A stretch of 56,877 nucleotides of DNA, counting the filler, from Dugesia japonica (Eukaryota): assembly GCA_001938525.1 (NCBI GenBank). It is 5 parts of 5 records of this genome, joined end to end, with 100 filler letters (N's around TTAATTAATTAA, not from the genome) between each part and the next. Parts side by side here need not be neighbours in the genome. Positions count along the whole stretch, not along the records: positions 1 to 8,778 come from MQRL01644176.1; positions 8,879 to 18,864 come from MQRL01623119.1; 3 more parts are not named here. One strand, written 5' to 3'. A model generated the notes under the pieces. It was not told the origin of the DNA. It worked only from the letters and a program-made list of their open reading frames with translations, and did not search any database. This document shows, piece by piece, positions 1 to 9,999 of the stretch (position 1 is its first letter; each line of letters starts with the position of its first letter). Both the position numbers and the translations under genes were made by a program.

Positions 1-706
1 TATGGGCGGAAGAAAATCCACATGAGATACGTGAAGATAGTTTTCAATATCAGTTTTCATTGAACGTTTTGGTTAGAATTGTGGATAATTTTTAATCGGA
101 CCGGTGATCCTACCAGGAATACTTACCGCTGAGGTATACCGCAATTTTTTGGACAATATGCTACATGAGTTGCTTGAGGATATACCATGGGCAATGAGAA
201 AAGTAATGTGGTTTATGCATGATGGACCACCAGCGCATTTTAGTAGACTTACTCGTGGGTCACTAAAAGCAACATATCATGATCACTGGATTGGTAAAGG
301 TGGACCTCATGCATGGCCTGCTCGATCTCCGGACTTAAATCCGGTTTATTTTTTACGGGGCTATTTAAAATCTTTAGTTTATAACACGCTAGTGGAAAAT
401 GAAGATTCTATAAGGAACATTCCTGGTGTTTTCAAAAGAATGCGTGATTCAATGACGAGAAGATTAAATTCCTGCATATTAGCTGGCGGAGGTCATTTTC
501 AACAGTTCCTGTAAGTTAAAAAATGTAAATAAATAAGTTTAAGTAAATATTACGCTTATTGAACTTGTTTGTGTTTTTAAAATCTTTAAATGAGTGTATC
601 TTTGAAACGAGACGAGCTAGAAAAAGTGTTACTATATAATTATTCATAAAATAAGGCAAGGAATAATTCTTTAAATATTTGGCTCACGTTTAACTAACAC
701 CCTGTA
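1..706 (+). mobile_element. Tc1/mariner-superfamily (IS630-Tc1-mariner) transposon, 3' part: decayed DDE/D transposase C-terminus (ORF 104-514) and right TIR
   Basis: Motifs WFMHDGPPAH, WIGKGGPHAWPARSPDLNP and GGHFQQFL. The element ends ...ACACCCTG-TA at 701-706, the reverse complement of the TA-CAGGGTGT terminus. Confidence 0.85.
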
Positions 707-1153
707 TATAAAAATTAAAAAATCTCAGACATTGGAAATCCATGAATCGACCTCACATACCTAATAATGTACCTGGTTGTTTATTTTTATTTGCTTGTGT
801 GCATTTGTATTTTATGGTAAGTAAAGTCAAATTGCATGGATATATTACGTAAAACTGATTATACAATGCAGCACGTATTTTGTTCACATTAATCGTATTT
901 TGAACTCATCTATTGTTCGTTCCCCTGGTATAAAGGACAAGATAGACCATATTTTGAAACTTTTTAAATATATTTTGAAAATTTTTAAATATATTTCTGC
1001 AAAAACCTGTATTACTAATTTCCTTTCTTTATTATTAATAAAATTCATGAAAATAATGAAAAAGTGCGATATATTGATAAAATTTCAAAATTTAGTCATT
1101 ATCGAGTAATTATCAAGAACTTAATTATCATTTTTACATATTGATCACTAATA

Positions 1154-3814
1154 TTAACCATTGAATTCATTACTGAGTTCAATTAATAATTTATCGACTC
1201 TCCTTACATTCTCCGGATCAAACGGACGTTTCAAGACGATATCAATTATTCTTTTGCAACATTCATAGATGTTTTTAGTTTTCGAATTCATTGTTTTCAA
1301 ATTGTATTTTTTATCTAATTCTACCTTGTAATTTTTGTAACTTAAAATATTTTTCTCGAGAATATTTTCATATTTTCCGTACAAAATCATCAACACAATC
1401 CAAGCAAACGAGTAGATCATGCTCAATTTTTTTTCGCCTATTGAGATTATTTGATCATTGTGAGGATATTTAAAAAATATATCATTGCATAATTCACCAT
1501 TTTCTAAAGTAAATTTCCATTTATAAAATTCTTGTATGGTTTCAGATAATTTTATTTCAATATCAACTTTAGGCTTGAGAACACAGAATATCATATCTGA
1601 TCCGAAATTGTCCAATGGAATGTCAGCATCATTTAATTTATTAATTATTTCAAGCAATTTAGATAATAAATGAATTTGGTTGGTTTCGGTTATTTTTTGA
1701 AAAACCATTCTTAATGGTTGAAATTCGCCAAGTTTCGTTATAAAATAAAGCTCATTTTTATTCTCACAGTAAAACGTATAATGTTCCAATAAATCATTAC
1801 TAATAAATTGAGATCGTAAAAAGTACTGAATAATTACAAAATTTTTACTAGTAACTTTGTCAAATTGAAACTTTTCTCGTTTGATTATCATTTTATCATC
1901 GATAATTAAATTTTCATTTGATCCATTAAATTTTTTAATCAAATCAAAAATCTTAGATTTCTCTTTTATCAATTCGATAAAGTTATTATTTAATAACAGC
2001 CACATTTTAAAGTCTTCCATGATTTTTTTAATTTCCAGTTCGGTATCTTGTTTTGTTTTTTTATATGATAAAACGATTTCATTGGTTTTCTTTTCAATAG
2101 CATCAATCAAATATTTTCTTTCTATATCTAATTTAATTTTTAAATAATTTTCAACTTCCGGCAAAATATCTTCGATATCATACTTTAAATGTTCTTTTAA
2201 ATATTGTCTATAGTTTTCTATCGACTGTAATTCATTATAATTTTTTTCTAAAAAATGTTGTTTTAATTGATCATCAAAATATTTTTCAATTACTGAATTT
2301 AGATTATAAGTGTCATTTTCTTGTTTTAATGTGCAAAATGTATGAGGAAAATAGCGTTCTAATTCATTATTTTTTATTTCATTACAAAATGAATTAAATG
2401 AAATTCGATCTAAATTTTCTTGAATAATATTGGAAAACAAATTCGTATATCGATTAATTAAAAAATTTATTAATGATTTTGTGATTTTCCGTAATTTAAT
2501 ATTAATCAATATATCTTTGATTTGTTTTTCCTGGTTTTTGATAATCTCATCAATAGTACTTTTTAATTCGAATTTATTTTGATTTTGTGGGTTTAGTTTG
2601 ATTTTTTCATGAGTTTCATTGAATTTTAATAAAAGTTTTGCTTTACCAATATTTCCTATTTTTACGCCACGTAAATTGGTATCTCTCGTACAAATAATCT
2701 GTCCATAAACTGATTTAAAAACAGTATATAAATAAAATTTACAAAATTCGAATAAATCCCTAATTGTTTCTAAATTAATCAAATTGATTTGATTTGTGAT
2801 TTCAGTAAAGAAGTCGACATGTTTCCATAACAGAAACGGTAATTCGTTTTCTTTTTTCGTTCTCCAAGATTGTACTAACTTGCTGGAATATCCAAATAAA
2901 ACTATTATCTGTTCATGACATAATTTCTCCTTGATAGAATTGTAATGTATTTCATAATCTTTTGTGTAAAGGTCTAAATTATGTTTGTCTTTATTCAAAT
3001 CCATATTACTTTCATCATCTGTATCATCACCTGTATCATCATTGTCATCATCTGATTTATTCTCTTCAGAATCGTCTGAACTTTCGAATGTTCTCTCACG
3101 TGTAAATGCGTTATCGTATTTATTAAAAAGAAAAATTTTCTTTAATCTTTTTCTCGACTCAGCTATCAATGTTGTACAAAATGCTTCATCGGTGACCGTA
3201 AATTTCGGCCCAGCATCATAAATATAAACAATTAGCTGCGGATTAAATATTTTAACATTTATAAAAAATGTATCAGTAAGTTCTTTAGTTTCATTTAATC
3301 CAGGAGTATCAATAATATGAAAATTTTCATCATTAAATGTATATGGAGTTCCGATGTGATAAATAGTTCTCAGATCTATTTTCGAATCGGGCATTAAATC
3401 AGTTCTTCCCACGTATATTTCTTTAACGAATTTTCCATCAAATTCAAATTTTCTAATTATATTATTAGCTGTTTCAGAATACAAAGTAGGTTCTTTAGAA
3501 TAAAATATATGAGAAAAAAATGAAGTTGTCGGAGTACTTCGACTTGGTAAATTCACTTTTCCTGAAAGAAATTCCATGATACATCGGGATTTACCTGATT
3601 TCACTTGACCACAAAAAATTATTTTAATATTTCCTTCATTGAGATCGACAATATGACTTTTGCATTGATCTTTAGTATTTTTATCGATTTTATCATTAGA
3701 TTTAATTTTCATATAAAATCGATTAAACAATTCATAGTTTTCTTTGTAAATTTTGCATTGATTTCGAATATTAATTTTTGCTTCGTTTACTGCTGAATTG
3801 AAATTATTAGACAT
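1154..3814 (-). CDS. Dynamin-like GTPase + coiled coil + C-terminal kinase-like (probably pseudokinase) protein, DSTYK-like architecture
   Basis: Uninterrupted ORF of about 2.66 kb; first ATG at 3814 (MSNNF). GTPase motifs G1 GQVKSGKS, G2 LPSRSTPTT, G3 DTPG, G4 NKYD. An acidic insert follows. The C-terminus resembles kinase subdomains VIa/VIb (LLEIINKLNDADIPLDNFGSDMIF), IX (SMIYSFAWIVLMILYG) and XI, but lacks HRD and DFG. Confidence 0.8.
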   Translation of the reverse strand: MSNNFNSAVNEAKINIRNQCKIYKENYELFNRFYMKIKSNDKIDKNTKDQCKSHIVDLNEGNIKIIFCGQVKSGKSRCIMEFLSGKVNLPSRSTPTTSFFSHIFYSKEPTLYSETANNIIRKFEFDGKFVKEIYVGRTDLMPDSKIDLRTIYHIGTPYTFNDENFHIIDTPGLNETKELTDTFFINVKIFNPQLIVYIYDAGPKFTVTDEAFCTTLIAESRKRLKKIFLFNKYDNAFTRERTFESSDDSEENKSDDDNDDTGDDTDDESNMDLNKDKHNLDLYTKDYEIHYNSIKEKLCHEQIIVLFGYSSKLVQSWRTKKENELPFLLWKHVDFFTEITNQINLINLETIRDLFEFCKFYLYTVFKSVYGQIICTRDTNLRGVKIGNIGKAKLLLKFNETHEKIKLNPQNQNKFELKSTIDEIIKNQEKQIKDILINIKLRKITKSLINFLINRYTNLFSNIIQENLDRISFNSFCNEIKNNELERYFPHTFCTLKQENDTYNLNSVIEKYFDDQLKQHFLEKNYNELQSIENYRQYLKEHLKYDIEDILPEVENYLKIKLDIERKYLIDAIEKKTNEIVLSYKKTKQDTELEIKKIMEDFKMWLLLNNNFIELIKEKSKIFDLIKKFNGSNENLIIDDKMIIKREKFQFDKVTSKNFVIIQYFLRSQFISNDLLEHYTFYCENKNELYFITKLGEFQPLRMVFQKITETNQIHLLSKLLEIINKLNDADIPLDNFGSDMIFCVLKPKVDIEIKLSETIQEFYKWKFTLENGELCNDIFFKYPHNDQIISIGEKKLSMIYSFAWIVLMILYGKYENILEKNILSYKNYKVELDKKYNLKTMNSKTKNIYECCKRIIDIVLKRPFDPENVRRVDKLLIELSNEFNG

Positions 3815-5043
3815 GATTTGTATTAGCAATAAAACATAAATTTAATAATCATCCAAGGTTCAATATTGATTTTTAAAGGATGTCGATTTGATTCGTCAAT
3901 TATATATGCCATTAATGTGCTAATAAATGAAATCAATAACTAGTTATTATTAATTTCTATACACATTTTAGTAATTATTTAATTGACATTATTTTAATAA
4001 ATCTAAAGATAAAAATTATTAACTAAATTTTCATTTATAAAAAATTAAAAGTTTTTTATACTGAGTAATTTATAAAATGTAATAATTAATTAATAATTTA
4101 ATAATAATTAATTAATTGAAACCGTTTAATAAAAAATAATAACCGAATTTGCGATTGAAACAATGGCTTTTTTCTTTCAGATATAAAACTTGAAATTTAG
4201 AATTATATTGTAATAATGTTTAAAATTGTCTGGGTTCAATATGAATAAACATTATTAGTATATGACTTTAAATTGTTTCTTTAAATAAAAAATAAACAAC
4301 AGTTAATCAAGTTTAATTGGAATAAATTACAATGATATGCAGGAGCAATAGTGATTCACAACAAACCAATGATTATTATCTGAATCGGTAGGCAATGATT
4401 TGATGAAATCAACATTATAAATTAAATTAATATTTGCAAGTTTTATTATCTCTTTAATTTNNNNNNNNNNNNNNNNNNNNNNNNNNNNNNNNNNNNNNNN
4501 NNNNNNNNNNNNNNNNNNTCTAACATTTCGTAAATTTTTTTTCAAATTCATCCTAGTCTATATCCATTCTTATCCAAAATTTTATCCCATTTTTTTCTAT
4601 TCCAACTAGTTCATATAATATTTCTTCTGGTGTCCGAATTTTTCAATTATTTATTTTGGTTATTTATTCAAATCTCTAAATAATTTATTTTCTTCAATAT
4701 TTCCGATTTTTCAACAATATTTTGGTAAATATTTTGATTCTACCACCAAAGTATGCATTGTGTTCTAATTTTAACAGTCAATTTCAAATAAAACATTTGG
4801 ACTTTTGCAACTCCGTTATTATATTTTATTGAATTCATTTTCTTTTAATTATTAATTTATTTTTGATTTACTCACCGGCTTATGATTTTAATAATATAAT
4901 ATAATTTTATTTACATTTATAACCTATATCAGAAATGTCCAAGCATTTTGAACATAAAGCTAGTTTTGTCGATAGAAAATTTCAAAGAGTTGCAAATATC
5001 AAAATTTACAAAGTTAAAAGAAGTATTATTATAATTTTAAAAA

Positions 5044-5095
<52 letters not shown>
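5044..5095. repeat. Compound (TC)n(TA)n microsatellite
   Basis: Directly visible. Confidence 0.95.
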
Positions 5096-5098
<3 letters not shown>

Positions 5099-6371
5099 AC
5101 ACATTGAACCATCTCCCTCCTCCCTTCTGGTTGAGAAAATTTTTTGAAAATTGGTTCAGTATCCACCAATCACATTGCAGGAAAGTTTGCTTGCACACCA
5201 TGTATGTGTGTATAACTTTCCGTGTATGCATGTATAGTTTCAATCGAGCGATGAGACATTTATTGTCTTTCGCTGTTAGTGTGTCATAGTTGGTTAGTTA
5301 TTTAGCTAATTACAAATTATTTTCATTTTTGGCTGATGATTTTCGCAGATAACATAATATCCACTAATTAGAATGCAGCAGTTTTCGTAAATGACTATGT
5401 ATCCATCAATTTGAATGCAGTAACATGGGGAATTTAAATAATATTTATCCATACTTTAGAAAATAATGATAAAACATATAGAAAATCATTCTAACACCAA
5501 CAGGGTAGATTTAACATTAATATTCTCCTTGCAGACTTAAAATTAATGTTTAATATCCCCGGACGGATTTAATATTAATATATGATATTCTCCAGGAAAT
5601 GTTAATTTAATGATAACAATGTATTAACCAAATCAAATATCCATAAATCAGAATGCAAGTGATTATCTATTAACTAGCCAAAATGCATCTTTATTACAAG
5701 GTATGTGTGTATCAATATTACATCACAATTTCAAACCTGAACCAATTATTTAAGCAGAATAAAGATAGTGTACTAATTATAGGCATAGGAACACGGTGTC
5801 AAGAACTAAATGCAAATCCTGCGTTCAGTAAATGTGACTCACGATGAAATCAAGAAAAAAATACATAATACATATACATATATTACACAAATACGATACA
5901 AATGTCATAACATACGAACATACCAACACAATATTCGTATCGATCAAAGTAATATTTGAAACTGACCAATCAACCAATTAGTCAATATTCGAAAGTCAAA
6001 ATAAAATATATCTACAAATTAATTAATATAACAACATCTGTTAATTTTTTGGAATAATATGTGATTAACAATCTGAAATTTATGAACAAAATGTTTTAAT
6101 CAATTATTTTTATTTAAACAGCTGAATAATGAATGAGACTGAATAGTTCTATGTATGTATGCATTGAAAATTAGTATACATACTGATCTGTTTTGGTTAT
6201 ATTTTGAGACTTGTAATTTTACTAAGAACTCTAATATCTTTGAGCAGCATTTCTTTTTAAAACAAAATGAGCTAATAATATTAAGTACTGTGAAGTATGT
6301 TATTCATCAAAAATATTATTTAAAAAGGTATATAATCTTATTTCATATAAGGCAACTACATATATTACCAT

Positions 6372-6435
6372 CAGGGCCGGCCTTTGACACAGGCAAAGCA
6401 GGCAGCTGCCTGAAGCGCAAAATTAAGGCATCACT
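6372..6435 (+). mobile_element. Isolated hAT-like (Tip100-type) terminus
   Basis: CAGGGCCGGCCTTT...AGGCAAAGCAGGCAGCTGCC...GCGCAAAATT, a GC-rich start typical of hAT/MITE ends. No partner end was found. Confidence 0.4.
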
Positions 6436-6487
6436 TAAAAAAGTTCCATGTATTTAATCTTCTAACCGTTCTTCAAATACATGTAGT

Positions 6488-8778
6488 TAGGGAATCCAAT
6501 ACCTGACGAAAAATCAATACCGGCATTTCGGTAATAAAGAATTATAATTCCAGGATTCAGAATCATAAGAAATTAATTGAATCACTCTTTTTTCAAAGAT
6601 TATTCATATAAAAATAATTCATTAAAATAATAATTAAATTAAACATAAGGAACTTAAAAATCACAATTCATTAAAATATATTTCAATGAAAAATTTTGTT
6701 GGTCTATTTTGTAGAATACTTATTGAATAGTTATTTATCTCCTTTGAAATACCCTCTTAAAAAACAAAAAGCATCCAAAGTTATGTCATCCATTCTGCAT
6801 CGTAACTTATTTAAAATTAGAAATAGCCCTGTCGGATTCAACGCTGGTTGGGTGAACCGTTAAAAGAAGTTTGTAAACCTGTTGGAGATATTTTCCACGC
6901 ACACCTTCATTTTCAAACAGGCTCTTTTCATTTTAGGTATTTGGTGGGATCCCCTCCGTGTTCTGTTAGTTTTCTGACTTTACAACTTTTTTGTTTCAAA
7001 GTGGCTGCGTCTAACGGCTTCTTCAATAAAATTTCAGATTTTTTTGTTGTTTCATCAATCTCAACCTCACTGACCTCTGAATCTATAATTTCATCTGCCT
7101 GCTCTTCAGGAGCTGTGTTTTGATTCCAATGTCCCATTTGATTTTTGGTATTTCTTTTGGTGGCCACTTTTTAACTATCATATCCAAGAGCTTTATGCGG
7201 ATAACCAATTAGATCAGACAATTTCGTTCTTCTTCGAAGTATGCGTTCTTTCAACGCCGTAAGAAGTTCTTCGCTCAGTGATGACTTAATTCCACTTAGC
7301 CTATCAAATATAAATTTGATTGTAGTATCTGTAGAAAGTAAGTTGGCGTTATCGCGACATTGTGACTCAACAGCTAATTTTACCGGCAAAAGGGCTGAGA
7401 TTGTGACTGAAACTGTTTCAAAATCGGCATCAGTAAAATTTATACCTAGTTTTAAATCTATATCTGATTTTTGAATGCTTGATTTTAATTTGTGAAAACA
7501 TTTAAGCATTGCTAATAGACTATTCCAACTAGTCTTGGAATCTAAGATTAAGCAATATTCGTTGCCAAATTTGAGATTTACATAATTTTGAAGTCTCCTT
7601 TTTTGTTGGTGAACGTTTAAATATTTTCACAATTTTGATGTCTTTTTGTATAAGCGGACCAAGCTGATTATGAGTTATGTCCGTACCTCGTCCCTGTATT
7701 TCGTGATCCATTACTAATTCATCCTCATATGCATATACATCTCCTCCGACTGCATCATAATAATTGGATTCTTTAGTTTCGGAATCTGAATCAATATAAA
7801 TTACCTTCGGACTGATGTTTCTACCTTCACTTGCATCTTTTTTATAAAGAACATCTACGACCGCAAGTTGTATCGTATAAGCCAAATACAATTGCTGAGT
7901 AATGGGTACTAATTTGCCTACTTTTTGCATAACTGCAGCACTGTCATTTGTTAAACAAATGATATTATTCTCCCATGACAAACTATACTGATTCAATTTG
8001 TCATTTAAAACTGAAACACATTTTACTGCAGGTAAACTTCCATTGATACGGAGAAGTTCTAAATTCTAAAATTTTGATTCCGAATGAAGAATCTCATTTA
8101 TGTATTGAAGATTCCTTATAAAGATCCACTTATCGAAAGTAATACTAAACCCCTTTTCTTTTAATTTATAATCCTAGATTTCAGTAATTATTAATTGACG
8201 AATGGTTTTGCTATAATTAATGACGATTTTTTGTATGGTGATGGCTGATTTTGGAAGTTTATCACTTAAATTTAAGACTTTCAGTGATGTTCAAAGATCA
8301 TCGAATGTTATAAAAATTCTGAATGGGAGCCCATCGCGTGCTGTCAGTCTAGCTAGGATCGTTGCTAGTGAGTCGTCCTTGGTATTTCTAAAATATTTTG
8401 TAACTTTTGGAGAAGGCTTATCAGATTTTGAACTAGATCCAACTACAAGTTCAACAGCAACACGTTTTCGTGAAATTACTTCAAGTTTGGTCTTTAAATG
8501 AGTATGGAGGCCGCTTATCGAGCCACCTCCGGTTTTTATAATATTTGCGCACTTCTTGCATTTTGCGTAATCTCCTTTTTCTTTGAGAAATAAAAACCAG
8601 ATCGAATTTTCATCTCTGCCTATTGAATGATGAACAAACTTCCTACTCGGACTCTCTATGAACTAAATTAGATTGTTAAAAAAAATTAAAATTATATATG
8701 ACTTATAAAATTTTAATATTTAAATTTAATTTAAATAAACTTACCAAAGTTGTGCTAATTAAATATTTTCACAAAAAA
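6488..8778 (-). mobile_element. hAT DNA transposon with decayed BED-finger transposase (coding about 8665-6740)
   Basis: Minus-strand fragments: BED finger (SIWFLFLKEKGDYAKCKKC..LHTHLK), FSITFDKW, ICLTNDSAAVM, SWNSLLAML, PTSVES and TLDAFCFLRGYF. Stops and frameshifts are present. A GT..AG intron lies at about 8744-8665. The probable terminus TAGGGAATCC is near 6488. Confidence 0.85.
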
Positions 8779-8878
8779 NNNNNNNNNNNNNNNNNNNNNN
8801 NNNNNNNNNNNNNNNNNNNNNNTTAATTAATTAANNNNNNNNNNNNNNNNNNNNNNNNNNNNNNNNNNNNNNNNNNNN
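8779..8878. other. Artificial contig linker N44-TTAATTAATTAA-N44
   Basis: The same 100-bp pattern occurs at 8779, 18865, 29344 and 38267; the 12-mer carries stops in all six frames. Confidence 0.95.
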
Positions 8879-8932
8879 AAATTATTACGTTTCACAATTT
8901 AATATACTACGTTGTGGTATTTTAAAATTATT

Positions 8933-9075
8933 GATACACCTTTACAAAGGGGATAGAAAAAAATTATGATACACCTTTACAAAGGAGATAGAAAAACTAA
9001 AATATATGCATACAAAGGTGAAAAAAAAATTATTTTGACATTATAAAAGTAGATACTTCTTATAAATTTTCACAA
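8933..9075 (+). promoter_or_regulatory. Probable Pol II promoter of the spliced gene/PolB unit: two direct repeats plus TATA box
   Basis: GATACACCTTTACAAAGGRGATAGAAAAA occurs twice (about 8933 and 8968), with a partial third copy TACAAAGGTG. TATAAAAG is at 9042-9049, about 45 bp before the ATG at 9089. Confidence 0.5.
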
Positions 9076-9088
9076 TTTTATTAAAACT

Positions 9089-9990
9089 ATGAACAATCAA
9101 AGCATATTGAGAACATTGTTGAGTGAAGAAACGGTAAACTAATGATTTTTATTATTATTAATTAATTGTTTTCAGGTTATGAACAATATAAATCATAAAC
9201 GAAATGTGAATTCGACAAGTTTAATGATAGATAATGTAAATTTACTTTTATTATTTAAGGATTATTAATTTTATTTTAGAAATATAATAATTCAAATCAA
9301 AGTAGAAGAGGTATCAAAAGAAAGAGTTTAATTAAGGTAAATTTATTATCAACAGTTGATAGTTGTTAAAGTTATTTATTTTAGAATTATGATTCTTCTG
9401 TTAATGCTGCTCCTATTTATGATAAAAGTTAGTTTGTATTTATTTTATAATTTAATTTATGATAATTTTTAAATGAAATTTTAATAATTTTTTAAAATGT
9501 AATCAACTTATTTTTTCCAGAATTTTGTACAATGTATAAACATTATTGTACAAATCGGACTCATAAAGGCGACTGCCATACTATTATGGAGAGATACTAT
9601 GCACAATCCTTTTATGGGGAAAAGTATTACATATTTCCAACATGTAAATCTATAGAAATAGCTAAATATTTAGACTTTTATAGGTTGCATGCAGACCACT
9701 TAGGGACTTTTACAATAAATAAGAAACAATTATTAAGGATGATATTAGATAAAGAGATCGCTGTTCCACCAATGAAAAAACGAAAAGAAGATTTAATAGT
9801 TATCTCAAATGAGGAAATAAAGGTGAAATCTCAGATAATTGAAGATGATTGGAGCAATTTTCAAATCATAGATGAAATGGATGAAGAAGATATTGCTATG
9901 CAAAGTTTTATAGATGAAGAAGAAGCAAAATTTGGTGGCTCTCTCAATGAAAATGTGATAATAGAAAGTGACTTATATAAATGTCACTAG
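9089..9990 (+). CDS. Five-exon ORF (9089-9133, 9176-9235, 9280-9336, 9385-9427, 9521-9990), probable N-terminal part of the Polinton PolB polyprotein or an upstream element gene
   Basis: Four GT..AG introns of 42, 44, 48 and 93 bp. Phases 0, 0, 0 and 1 join with no stop (MNNQSILRTLLSEET/VMNNINHK...) into track ORF 9532-9990. That ORF is in frame with 10000-10374 across a single TAG. Confidence 0.65.
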
Positions 9991-9999
9991 ATATTAAAA

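Noticed and set aside
1291-3796. Short + strand ORFs inside the GTPase gene
   Set aside because: Antisense shadows of the long minus-strand CDS.
8823-8834. TTAATTAATTAA as a biological motif (piggyBac target or PacI site)
   Set aside because: It is always centred in 44+44 Ns, so it is an assembly linker.
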